A DNA stretch of 64,000 nucleotides from a virus (lineage: Duplodnaviria > Heunggongvirae > Uroviricota > Caudoviricetes), in the IMG/VR virus record IMGVR_UViG_3300018914_000064, positions 11,297-75,296 of that record; one strand, given 5' to 3'. Below are positions 1 through 8,794 of the stretch, one piece after another (the stretch's first letter is position 1; every line of letters starts with the position of its first letter). Under the pieces are notes generated by a model. The model saw only the letters and a list, made by a program, of their open reading frames with translations, was not told the DNA's origin and ran no database searches. The position numbers and the translations under genes were made by a program.

Positions 1-13
1 TGTTAAACGATAT

Positions 14-223
14 ATGCGCTTCAAACATGCAGAAGCTTTACTGTATATCGAAACCTCAAATATGATCGATGGCTTGAAGGCAGCCATTAAGACAATTGAA
101 TTAGCGAAGAATTTAGGTAATATTAATCGACTTACTTCATGTATGTCGTTAATATATAAAAACTATCAATTCATGAATGATGAGTTGAAGGAGGAATTGC
201 AAATGGTTCTTGAAAGGAGGTGA
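14..223 (+). CDS. Rap-family (TPR aspartyl-phosphatase/regulator) C-terminal fragment. The 5' end is truncated by the window edge.
   Basis: ORF runs in from the window start. The next gene is a Phr-like signal-peptide ORF with its own RBS, the classic rap-phr arrangement. Sequence is helical and TPR-like but too short to confirm. Confidence 0.35.
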   Translation: MRFKHAEALLYIETSNMIDGLKAAIKTIELAKNLGNINRLTSCMSLIYKNYQFMNDELKEELQMVLERR

Positions 224-228
224 AATAA

Positions 229-351
229 ATGAAATTTAAAGTTATTATGTTATTACTTCTTGCTTTATCTCTTACAATTTCTGCTGTTTCTGCATCTGGA
301 CAAACAACTGAAGTTGTTAAGCCACAGCGAGATCCCGGAGATGGATGGTAA
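229..351 (+). CDS. Phr-like secreted signalling peptide precursor (40 aa). Not in the ORF track.
   Basis: RBS GAAAGGAGGTGA lies 8 nt upstream of ATG 229. Translation is MKFKVIMLLLLALSLTISAVSASGQTTEVVKPQRDPGDGW: a K-rich N-terminus, a hydrophobic core, an AxA-like cleavage region and a short hydrophilic C-terminal tail. It starts 5 nt after the rap stop. Confidence 0.5.
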   Translation: MKFKVIMLLLLALSLTISAVSASGQTTEVVKPQRDPGDGW

Positions 352-362
352 AAAACAGGAAA

Positions 363-391
363 AGAGCGACAGATAGTTGTCGCTCTTTTTA
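363..391 (+). terminator. Rho-independent terminator after phr.
   Basis: agagcgaca / gtcgctct stem with a 7-nt loop, followed by TTTTT. Confidence 0.6.
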
Positions 392-500
392 ATTTAACAA
401 ATTCTGTAAGTTGGCATAAAGGTTTTCTCGATGTATTGTTGCCAACTGATGGTAAACTAGCCATAGAGGGTAGTACAAATGAATTTGTGGGAGGAAGAAA

Positions 501-944
501 ATGAAACAGCAGTTAATTTCAAAAATGCTGAAACTTGCAACATCTCAAATGATAAGGAGGAAACTAGGAGTCGATTCACACATTACAGTAAGTACAAATG
601 CTCATGGTGTCGTTGAATTAAAAGTTAAATTATTGATTGAAGATGTGCAAAATGAAAACGAGGCATATTATGCTGCTGCTTGTAAGCTAAACGATCTAAT
701 CATAAACACGGTGTTGTTGAACGGAACGGTTCACGATGTTCAACTTGACTGGACAAGTGTTGACAAGTTACGAAACGGTACTTATTGGGTAACAGGAGAT
801 ATGGAGTTACATGTCACGTTCAATCCTTTACAGGATGTGTTTGCGGGTTCTCAGTTAATCGTAATAACAACAAGTAATGAACAGGTCGCATTACACTTTG
901 AACTAAAGAGTATGGCTATTGATGACATTGAAATCTGCGCTTAA
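501..944 (+). CDS. Hypothetical protein (147 aa).
   Basis: Clean ORF with RBS GGGAGGAAGAAA upstream. No recognisable motifs. Confidence 0.5.
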   Translation: MKQQLISKMLKLATSQMIRRKLGVDSHITVSTNAHGVVELKVKLLIEDVQNENEAYYAAACKLNDLIINTVLLNGTVHDVQLDWTSVDKLRNGTYWVTGDMELHVTFNPLQDVFAGSQLIVITTSNEQVALHFELKSMAIDDIEICA

Positions 945-1072
945 ATAAAAATATATAAAATGTATCATAAATGGTTGAACCCAAAAATAATATGTAGTAT
1001 TATTATAGATGTAAAGGGTAAGGAGAGACACCCCTTAGTTCTGAAGGGAGTGATGATAAGGAGGTTACATTA

Positions 1073-1321
1073 ATGAAAGGAATTGTGGTCAAATCAATCA
1101 AGGGAAATGTCATCTCAGCCGATTTTAAAGCGGTTGATCCGAAAACCGTACTTAATGGTGATTGTCTAGAGATTTTCCAAGAGACAATCAAAGAAATCGA
1201 GCAATATGACAAAATTACTACAAAAGAATGGAACATGTTAATTGAGTACATCCAAAAGTTAGACCAAGCATTTGACGAATTTCAGCAAGAACAGGACATT
1301 TTCCTTAGTGTAATAAACTAA
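1073..1321 (+). CDS. Hypothetical protein (82 aa).
   Basis: RBS AAGGAGG upstream. A terminator follows. Confidence 0.5.
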   Translation: MKGIVVKSIKGNVISADFKAVDPKTVLNGDCLEIFQETIKEIEQYDKITTKEWNMLIEYIQKLDQAFDEFQQEQDIFLSVIN

Positions 1322-1339
1322 AATATATGGTATGATTAA

Positions 1340-1367
1340 AACCATGTAATACGTTACATGGTTTTTT
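1340..1367 (+). terminator. Rho-independent terminator.
   Basis: aaccatgtaa / ttacatggtt 10-bp stem with a 4-nt loop, then TTTTTT. Confidence 0.6.
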
Positions 1368-1474
1368 CGTATAATAGATAGAAAAAAATACTGTATTTAG
1401 TTATAATTTATGTGTATAATGAGAATGATTAGGACAGAGGGATAATTTGGTAATATAATTGAGGGGATGATCTA

Positions 1475-2824
1475 ATGCCGAAAGTGGATCGCCAGTTGAT
1501 TGAAAGCAACTTGACATCAATTATTGATGAAATTAAAACAAAACGGAAAATCACTACTGCTGTTAAGAAGAAATTATCGACTCATGGTGTAAGTGTTGGA
1601 GATGTGGAGTATATCCTTTCTGGTCGTACTCCTGTAACAGAAGTATCTATGAGTGTACTTGGATTGCTGCTTGAAGGTATCCATAGTGAAACTGGAATTG
1701 ACACAGCTAACCCAGAACACTATTTTACTCAGCAAGAAATTAAAAACTTTAAAGTGTTCGAAGTAGCAGAGGAAGATCGAGTTGAACTGCCTTATACTTT
1801 CTCAAATGTGGCCTATGTTAAAGAGGGTAACTATTCTACAACAATTACTGCCCAAGAAATTAAGAAAATGTTTGATGGAAATATACTAGTCTACAATTTT
1901 GAAACACAGCGCGAAGCTAAAGTGGAACGAGACAAAAATGATAATATCGTTTTGAAGCCAAAAACAAATCCTAAAAGTGTCAATGAAATTGCTGATCTTC
2001 TGAAGTCTGGAGAATTGGAAACCACGACAATTACCTTTAATGCTTTGGCTGGAACATCGGATAGTGGCGAAGAACTTGTATATGACCATAAAAATAGAAC
2101 CTTGACAGTTACAAAGGGAACTCAAATCAATATTTTGGACGGATATCACCGTATTTCCGCTATCGTAAAGGCACTAACTGAAGATCCTACTTTAGACGGA
2201 GTATTTGACCTCAAAATTCTTAATTACAGCGTGAAACGAGCGTTGAAATACTTTAACCAAATCAACAGAACAAACCCAATTTCAGAGTCAAGACTTAAGG
2301 AAACCAATATTGGTAACATGGCAACTGTGGCAGCAGAGGAACTTAAAGACAAATGTGAGTATTTGTATGGTAAAGTTTCTTCGGGTGATAAACTTTATAC
2401 TTCTGCCGACCAATTAGTTAGTTCCAATGTTTTAATTGATGCTATTGATGAACATTTTAACCCTACAGATCGACTGAGTGCACGAGAAACTGGTGCATAT
2501 TTGGCTGATTTCTTTACAGAACTGTTTGAGAGTTATCCAGATGCTTTTATTAGAAATATCGGTGAGACAAGAAAACATTCCATCATTAATGCAAATCAAA
2601 TGTTTGACGGATATGTTTTGCTTGCGAAAAAGATGCAGGACTCTAACATTCCAACAAGCAAAGTGAAAACAATTTTGGATTCTGTAGATTTTGAACGCAC
2701 AAATCCTCAGTGGAAAGAACTCGGAATTTTGGATGAGTCAAATAACATTTCGAGCAACCCGAAACGAAAAATAAGACAGTTTATTAGCCAACTGAATATG
2801 GGTGAGGTGGAAGCGAGTGTCTAA
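1475..2824 (+). CDS. ParB/Srx-fold protein with a DndB-like 'DGxHR' motif (449 aa).
   Basis: RBS GAGGGGATG upstream. Central motif INILDGYHRISAIVKAL resembles the DGQHR/DGHHR signature of DndB and ParB-like nuclease domains. The rest is unrecognised. Confidence 0.45.
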   Translation: MPKVDRQLIESNLTSIIDEIKTKRKITTAVKKKLSTHGVSVGDVEYILSGRTPVTEVSMSVLGLLLEGIHSETGIDTANPEHYFTQQEIKNFKVFEVAEEDRVELPYTFSNVAYVKEGNYSTTITAQEIKKMFDGNILVYNFETQREAKVERDKNDNIVLKPKTNPKSVNEIADLLKSGELETTTITFNALAGTSDSGEELVYDHKNRTLTVTKGTQINILDGYHRISAIVKALTEDPTLDGVFDLKILNYSVKRALKYFNQINRTNPISESRLKETNIGNMATVAAEELKDKCEYLYGKVSSGDKLYTSADQLVSSNVLIDAIDEHFNPTDRLSARETGAYLADFFTELFESYPDAFIRNIGETRKHSIINANQMFDGYVLLAKKMQDSNIPTSKVKTILDSVDFERTNPQWKELGILDESNNISSNPKRKIRQFISQLNMGEVEASV

Positions 2825-3824
2825 TGCATACTTGGAAGATGAGATGTATAACAAGGACTTAAAAGAACAGTTTATTGCAAGATATCCAGAGAACACACAG
2901 AACACTTATAAACGAATTTTTTATTACAGTGCCCCTGTTGAAGAAATGAATGGGATAGATCTTTATGAATTCAACTTGAATCAAATTTCCGAAGTACTAA
3001 AATCAATGAATCCATCTACAATTGCATCGGTCAAAAGTGTAGTGTCAATCATTAAAGCCTATATTGACTGGGCAATTCACTATAGAAGCAACAACTTGAA
3101 CCCACTGGACATTGTAGATACAAACTGGGAACGACAGTTCGTTGATACGACTAGAAAGATGTTCTACACTCATAAAGAGATTTTTGAGGAAATTATTCCT
3201 CACTGCGTTAACGCTCAAGATGCGGTCATTATTGCTTTGTTGTTCGAAGGAGCAAGTGGTAAGGAAGTTTCTGAACTCCGTAATCTTAAAATTGGTGATA
3301 TTGATTTTGATGCAAAACTGGTCACGCTGACAAATGATAAGGGAGAACAAAGACAAATTCCCGTTTCGGATGCTACTTTGCAATTGATTAGAGAAGCCGC
3401 AAACCAAAAGGAGTATTTTAAACGAAACGGAAATATCGCTGAGAACTCAAGAAATATTAGAGTAACGAGTGATTTGATTGAAACAGGTTACTTGATTAAA
3501 CCAGCTAAAACAAAGGTAGTTCATGTTGAGCAAGTCAATACTCATGTTATTTATGGTCGGCTATCTACAATCAGTGAGATCTTTGAACTTCCTAACTTCA
3601 CTGTAAAGAACATTCAGCGCAGCGGCATGATCTATATGGCAAAACAAATCCTTGAACGTGATGGATACTTCGATAATAAAGACCAGTACTTTGAAATTTG
3701 TGAGCGATTCGGTGTAAACAAATTCGATAATCATGGATATGAAACGTATTATTGGTACGGAATGAAGGAATACGTCAATACAGAAATGATTGAACAGTTA
3801 TACGGTGAAAGTGGCCTGTCTTAA
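2802..3824 (+). CDS. Hypothetical protein (340 aa), translationally coupled to the DGYHR protein.
   Basis: Overlaps the upstream gene by 23 nt. The true start may be the internal Met at about 2847. No catalytic motif recognised. Confidence 0.45.
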   Translation: MRWKRVSNAYLEDEMYNKDLKEQFIARYPENTQNTYKRIFYYSAPVEEMNGIDLYEFNLNQISEVLKSMNPSTIASVKSVVSIIKAYIDWAIHYRSNNLNPLDIVDTNWERQFVDTTRKMFYTHKEIFEEIIPHCVNAQDAVIIALLFEGASGKEVSELRNLKIGDIDFDAKLVTLTNDKGEQRQIPVSDATLQLIREAANQKEYFKRNGNIAENSRNIRVTSDLIETGYLIKPAKTKVVHVEQVNTHVIYGRLSTISEIFELPNFTVKNIQRSGMIYMAKQILERDGYFDNKDQYFEICERFGVNKFDNHGYETYYWYGMKEYVNTEMIEQLYGESGLS

Positions 3825-3904
3825 TGACATGGCTACTTTTTTTGTTAGACATGCAATGTTCAGATTGATTGTCGTTGAGTATTGTCGTTGGCAAACAGAG
3901 TGAC

Positions 3905-3936
3905 AAAAAGCAGAGGATTTCAGTCCTCTGCTTTTG
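3905..3936. terminator. Bidirectional hairpin terminator between convergent genes.
   Basis: gcagagga / tcctctgc 8-bp stem flanked by an A-run and a T-run. It overlaps the last codons and stop of the minus-strand FtsK-like gene. Confidence 0.5.
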
Positions 3937-6310
3937 AGTAGCAATATTGAGTTACAAACATTTTTGCGAATTCATCAAGTGAATTTTCGTCTAGGAGTAT
4001 CTTGTAGCCACTCCTCGGATTGGTCGGCTCCTCAAGCCATCCATCAGATACCAATTCAGTGTATATACGCTTTATCTCTTGAGAACTAACTTTGAGGTGT
4101 TGCTGCATTGACCTTACACGAGTGTCACGTTCCTCACATATAAAGAATTTCGCTCTTTCTAAGAGTGTCGGTTCAGGTAAAGGTTGCTCAGGCTCAGGAA
4201 GTTCTAATGGTATTTCCTTGCCGTCCAGTATCGCATTCCATTCATCTTTAATTTTTTGAATAACTTCGAGGTCTTGCTCTTCAGAAGTTGAAATCAATGC
4301 ACCTTGGAATCGTTGTAAGCTATCCACGCCTTCCAATTGACAAACGCCATCTCCCCGACCTAACAATTTGAATGGAGGCTTCTGGTCAAGGACAGTTCGA
4401 TAATCGGATGTGCTGCTACACGCAAAGACAATTCGTGAGGGGAACTGAGCTTTCAGCAAACCTTTGATAACGTCAACAGAAGGGCGTTGAGTTGCCAATA
4501 CCAGATGAATTCCACATGCCCTTGCCTTTTGCGCCAGCTTTATGCACTCAACTTCAATATCCTGTTCGGTCATAAACAAGTCTGCAAACTCATCAATCAC
4601 AACTACAATATATTGCATGATCTCGGATGATTTTCTGTTATATTGTTGAATGTTTCTGCATCCTGCGTGAGCAAATTTCTTGTACCTCTCATTCATTTCC
4701 ACAACTAATTTTTTCAACAAAACGAGGCTTTTATCAGGTTCAATAATAACATCCTTAACATGTGGAAATCCCCTAAACTGCGTCAACTCAACCATTTTGG
4801 GGTCTATGAGATACAGGCAAAGTTCCTTCGGTGTTTTCGTGAGTAGCAGAGTCAGAATAAATTGATTTAGCCATACGCTTTTACCTGAGCCTGTTGCTCC
4901 CGCCTCTAAAATATGTTTAATCCTTGCTAAGTCTTCGTATATCGGTTTGCCCGTAGTGTCAACGCCTATGAAAAAGGGTAGTTCATGTGTTCTTGCGTAG
5001 TCTCTGAATTCGGCAGTATCAATGTGATCCCGAAGAAATACAGTATCGCGCTTTTCTTTCGGGATGCCAAGTGCAACTGTTCCTGCTTTTTCACCTTGCT
5101 CGATGGAGATATTGTTCAATCCCAGTTCATTTTGAATGTCCTTTTTTGCATTTTCAATTTGTGAGTACTTTACACCTTGTGGGAGATTGAATGTTACTTT
5201 CTTTAAAGTTGCCCCTTGTTGGACTTTAATCACATTCACTTTTTTATCCTTAACGATACCGACACGCTCTAGGGCTTTATTAATAGCGTCCTCGTGCTTT
5301 GTATCATCTTCTTTTGTGTTACTGCTACCTTTAGGCAAGTGACTCAAAGAGGGGAGTTTATAAGAGATGCGTACAGTTTTGTTTTCGTCAGAATATACAA
5401 CTTCTTGGCTAGGATTATCCTGCTCGACTTTAGGCAAGGAAATATCGTTAAACGCAAGCATGGAAATCAATTCAGAAGTGCACAGATATTGATACTTTCC
5501 GTGTAACAATGGGAATCTTCTTAGTTGAATGTTTTCAATAAAGTTGGCCTTTCTAAAAAGTACAGGGGATAGGCACCAAGAATTATGCTGATCAATTTTC
5601 CTGAAACACTTTAAAATGTCATTCGCAATTCGCTCGCGTTCAGTTTGCTTTTCACCAAATACACTCAACCGAATTACTACGCGAAATCCATCTTCACCCA
5701 ACTTTTGCTGAAGGGATTCGATCTCCTGATGTTTAAAGTTCCAGCTCTCGACCTTGTTCGTTAATTCGTTTACCTTCTGCTGTATGGCAAGAATTCCTTT
5801 GTTATTAGCAGGATGGTCAATCCCTGTCAAGTAAGATTCGTACAAATCTTCGACCTTTCGTTTCCACGAATCAGATTGTTTTTGCACTAAAATTTGAAGT
5901 AATACCTTTTCAGTTGATACTCTGAGCGATTTTAAAACACTGTCCAATACAAGAATGTTGGAAGTCATATTTAATGGGAAGCATGAAGGTTTCTGAAGAG
6001 CAAGATAGAAAAGACTCATGTGTTTCAAGTCATCGGGGTATGTTGACAAAAGGATTTGCTGCGTTTGATCCAACGTTGCTATTTCATCCGTGTGAAACAT
6101 CGTAACCTTATTCCCTGTCTTAGTGAGCATCATTTCATATCCAAAAATGTCTGTTTCACTTGCATTATCCAGCATCATCTTGATTGATTCTGGGTCATTT
6201 TCTGTAATCTTGTATGTTCGAGTATCACGCAAACGAAAGCCCCCAATATGGGGGAAGATCTCGACCTTTTCATTTCTCATTTTTTTAAAATTAATGATAG
6301 TTGATTTCAT
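3920..6310 (-). CDS. FtsK/SpoIIIE-family P-loop ATPase (796 aa) with a soluble N-terminal extension.
   Basis: Walker A GATGSGKS, Walker B VVVIDEFADL, and LVLATQRPSVD. No TM segments in the N-terminal ~450 aa. Confidence 0.85.
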   Translation of the reverse strand: MKSTIINFKKMRNEKVEIFPHIGGFRLRDTRTYKITENDPESIKMMLDNASETDIFGYEMMLTKTGNKVTMFHTDEIATLDQTQQILLSTYPDDLKHMSLFYLALQKPSCFPLNMTSNILVLDSVLKSLRVSTEKVLLQILVQKQSDSWKRKVEDLYESYLTGIDHPANNKGILAIQQKVNELTNKVESWNFKHQEIESLQQKLGEDGFRVVIRLSVFGEKQTERERIANDILKCFRKIDQHNSWCLSPVLFRKANFIENIQLRRFPLLHGKYQYLCTSELISMLAFNDISLPKVEQDNPSQEVVYSDENKTVRISYKLPSLSHLPKGSSNTKEDDTKHEDAINKALERVGIVKDKKVNVIKVQQGATLKKVTFNLPQGVKYSQIENAKKDIQNELGLNNISIEQGEKAGTVALGIPKEKRDTVFLRDHIDTAEFRDYARTHELPFFIGVDTTGKPIYEDLARIKHILEAGATGSGKSVWLNQFILTLLLTKTPKELCLYLIDPKMVELTQFRGFPHVKDVIIEPDKSLVLLKKLVVEMNERYKKFAHAGCRNIQQYNRKSSEIMQYIVVVIDEFADLFMTEQDIEVECIKLAQKARACGIHLVLATQRPSVDVIKGLLKAQFPSRIVFACSSTSDYRTVLDQKPPFKLLGRGDGVCQLEGVDSLQRFQGALISTSEEQDLEVIQKIKDEWNAILDGKEIPLELPEPEQPLPEPTLLERAKFFICEERDTRVRSMQQHLKVSSQEIKRIYTELVSDGWLEEPTNPRSGYKILLDENSLDEFAKMFVTQYCYSKAED

Positions 6311-6424
6311 CGCTTATTCAACTCCTTTAGTACTTTGGCTAACATACCGAGCATTACTGTGTTAATGAAAATCATCCCAGTGTTAATCATTAGGATCGTA
6401 GAAAACATTGTTGTCACCATCTCC

Positions 6425-7376
6425 TTATTTCTTTAGTGCGCCAAATATTTTTAGTTTGAAAAGATGGCTCTTGAGTTGATTAATCATCGTAAGGCTGCTT
6501 TCGCCTTTATCAACCATTGATCTTACGAATTGGGGAGGGTATGCCAATCGCCACATTCCACCTGCCATGATGATGAGCTTTGCTATACTGCCTTCAAAAG
6601 TTGGAGGGAATGGTACTGCGAACATGATAAAGGAGAGAATCGTGAAGAAGGCAGCGTAGATCAATTGAACGAGTGATAGATTGACGAGAGTATTTGACCA
6701 TTTGCTGAAAAAGTGATTGAAGGATTTGAACACCCAAGCAGTCATAGCGAGGGGAGTGGTGATAGCGAGTGCTAAAAGGTCAAACCACCTTCTACCGTTA
6801 TAAAGGATAATTGGAACACTCATGATTAGAAATACGACAGTGAATAACAAAAGGAAAAGAATATCAATTTCTCCACCGAGAAGTAATTTAGTCTCACCAG
6901 TTACACCAAACTGAGTTTTAAAAAATTTGAGGATCAGTTGAGTCAATGCGTTTAAAGTTTCGATTCCTTTTACAAAGAGGTAAGGGGAAAATGCACTGAC
7001 AGTTAGTGCAACAGGAAAACGTAGCAGGACTTGTTTTAAGGGAGTGTAGTGGAGGTTTAGCATCCGTTTTATACCTTCAACCATGGTGAGTACAGTTACT
7101 GTTCCTGCGGAGAAAAGGGAGGTTTTGAATATCATCTGTGAAAGCCACTCATTATCAAACAAAAAGATGGGAGTTGCCAGTATAACATTTGAGATAAAGT
7201 AAAGAATCTTTCCGATGAAATCAACTCTGTTTTGATACGACTCCTTATTTAGTTCGTCATAATTTGTGAATTCAAGTATGTCGTAAACCTCTTTAGGACT
7301 ACAACCTGTTAAGAACACAGGAGAGAGAAGTGCGACAGGTATTAATTTATTTTTATGTTCTTTTAAAAAGGAACAT
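6425..7376 (-). CDS. Polytopic membrane protein with a lipoprotein-type N-terminus. The start is disrupted by an apparent frameshift.
   Basis: Reading frame shows KEHKNKLIPVALLSPVFLTGC (lipobox LTGC) but has no in-frame start. An ATG at 7376 lies one frame off. Removing one base in the A4/T5 run near 7361-7369 gives MFLFKEHKNKL.... At least 5 TM helices lie downstream. Confidence 0.4.
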
Positions 7377-7827
7377 AGCCTGAGAATGGCTTTAGGATTA
7401 CTCTGCCTGTCGTAACAATAATCCCGACTACTACGGGAGCCACTAAGACTTGAACTAACCCTTTGATGATGTCCCATGTCCATGTTTCCGCTTTGGTGCT
7501 CAACCCTAACATCTTGAACATCCCTGCGAGCATGAGGCATATGACTGCCAATCCTGCTGATATCCCTAGACAAATCAATTGAATCTTTAACATGGCTGCG
7601 TCTATTTCTGGTGGCAAACCCTTTGTTGCCGCTAATGCTGGATGAGTGAGAGCCAAAAATGATGAGAACACCGTTAGGGTTTTTGTAAGAGAGTCCTTTA
7701 ATTTTAGTGCCTCTGTTGGATTCCTTTTCACCTCCTTTTGAAGTGTAATTATGAAAAAATCAACATCATTTTTTTCTCGATCCATAAACTCCCGAAATGG
7801 TATCACTTCAACTTTTTTACCCCACAT
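7363..7827 (-). CDS. Small membrane protein (154 aa, 2-3 TM).
   Basis: Hydrophobic segments LICLGISAGLAVICLMLAGMF and VLVAPVVVGIIVTT. Start is coupled to the upstream micro-ORF. Confidence 0.55.
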   Translation of the reverse strand: MWGKKVEVIPFREFMDREKNDVDFFIITLQKEVKRNPTEALKLKDSLTKTLTVFSSFLALTHPALAATKGLPPEIDAAMLKIQLICLGISAGLAVICLMLAGMFKMLGLSTKAETWTWDIIKGLVQVLVAPVVVGIIVTTGRVILKPFSGYVPF

Positions 7828-7954
7828 GACGCTTTCCCTTCTTTCGTGATGTTTTTTCTAAGGTGTGAGATAAGACAACGAATGAACAACCGATAGCTGA
7901 AACAACCAAGCATATTCCTTGAATCACTACATAAAGCCCCGTCATCGCTCCCAT
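7817..7954 (-). CDS. Micro membrane protein (45 aa). Not in the ORF track.
   Basis: RBS AGGAGGGG 7 nt before the ATG. Translation MGAMTGLYVVIQGICLVVSAIGCSFVVLSHTLEKTSRKKGKRHVG. Its stop overlaps the start of the 154-aa gene. Confidence 0.4.
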   Translation of the reverse strand: MGAMTGLYVVIQGICLVVSAIGCSFVVLSHTLEKTSRKKGKRHVG

Positions 7955-8062
7955 GAAAAATCCCCTCCTATGTAGTGTTTACTAAACATTACGCAGAAGG
8001 GGAAATGTCCTATTCCAGTATATCGTTAAAAAATTCTCCAATTTTTCGTAGTAACTGTATCC

Positions 8063-8485
8063 CTAAACTTCCCGATATAGGATCTCATTCAACGGTGGAC
8101 AATCCAATGCATAGTAAATTCTTAGGAAATGGTCGATTGATGGCTGATGTTGATTGTTGAGTATTGAGGAGATTGTACTTACGGGCAATTTAGAGCGTTG
8201 TGCAAGATCGGATTGTGATATACCAATTTCTTTTAAGTACTCTTTGATTCGATTCTTTAGGGGTAAATCTGTATCAAGAGGAAGAAGTGTAATAATTTCT
8301 TTGCTCCAATTGACTATGGATTTATCTTGTAATCGATTCAAATATCTGTAGAGAGCTGCCTTAATAATGTCTTCAACTGTAATTCCAGTATCCTGCTTTT
8401 GTCTAAAGTTGTGAATGCTTATCACTTCCTGAAGTTTATTTAATGTATCATGGGATATTTGAATGGTGATACTATGCTTAGGCAT
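8063..8485 (-). CDS. XRE-family HTH transcriptional regulator (140 aa).
   Basis: C-terminal IKEYLKEIGISQSDLAQRSKLPVSTISSILNN is a typical HTH_3 helix-turn-helix. RBS GGAGGT upstream. Confidence 0.6.
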   Translation of the reverse strand: MPKHSITIQISHDTLNKLQEVISIHNFRQKQDTGITVEDIIKAALYRYLNRLQDKSIVNWSKEIITLLPLDTDLPLKNRIKEYLKEIGISQSDLAQRSKLPVSTISSILNNQHQPSIDHFLRIYYALDCPPLNEILYREV

Positions 8486-8603
8486 TCAGATACCTCCCAA
8501 TAAGCCAATTGTTTATAAAAGGAGTTTATGATATGAGTTACACTAATATATCAACAAAAGAATCGGAACAAATACAAAGGGATGTTGAAGAGGGGCGTAA
8601 ATT

Positions 8604-8768
8604 ATGATCTGGGATAAATTTGGTGGTTGGTTTAATGAAGATCCCGTATGGAAGCAAAGACTTGATGAATGCAAACCTGAAATAATGCGTGAATTAGGTT
8701 TCACCGAAAGGCAACTAGATAAGATCATTGAATTGTTTGTTGAAAAGGATATTCTGCGTATGAATTAA
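8604..8768 (+). CDS. Small hypothetical protein (54 aa), divergent from the HTH regulator.
   Basis: Preceded by a 24-aa micro-ORF (8533-8607) with RBS AAAAGGAG whose stop overlaps this ATG (ATGA). A hairpin follows. Confidence 0.35.
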   Translation: MIWDKFGGWFNEDPVWKQRLDECKPEIMRELGFTERQLDKIIELFVEKDILRMN

Positions 8769-8792
8769 GGGGAGCCAAATGGCACCCCTTGT
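8768..8792. terminator. Hairpin between the small-protein operon and the tubZ 3' end.
   Basis: ggggagcc / ggcacccc stem with one mismatch, followed by TTGTTTTTATTTT. Confidence 0.4.
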
Positions 8793-8794
8793 TT

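Noticed and set aside
4680-5506. Several 60-70-aa plus-strand ORFs inside the FtsK-like gene. The same pattern occurs at 171-464, 1003-1251, 1886-2149, 3045-3407, 8805-9041, 9389-9829, 14490-14811, 24491-25514 and 29052-29647.
   Set aside because: They are antisense or out-of-frame ORFs nested in long, motif-supported genes. They lack an RBS and have compositionally odd products.
7363-7573. The track's 382-aa ORF start at 7573 (N-terminal MSRDISRIGSHMPHARR...).
   Set aside because: The first 70 residues overlap the 154-aa membrane gene in another frame and are an unnatural, Arg/Ser/His-rich read-through. The real product begins at the lipoprotein signal, with a probable frameshift.
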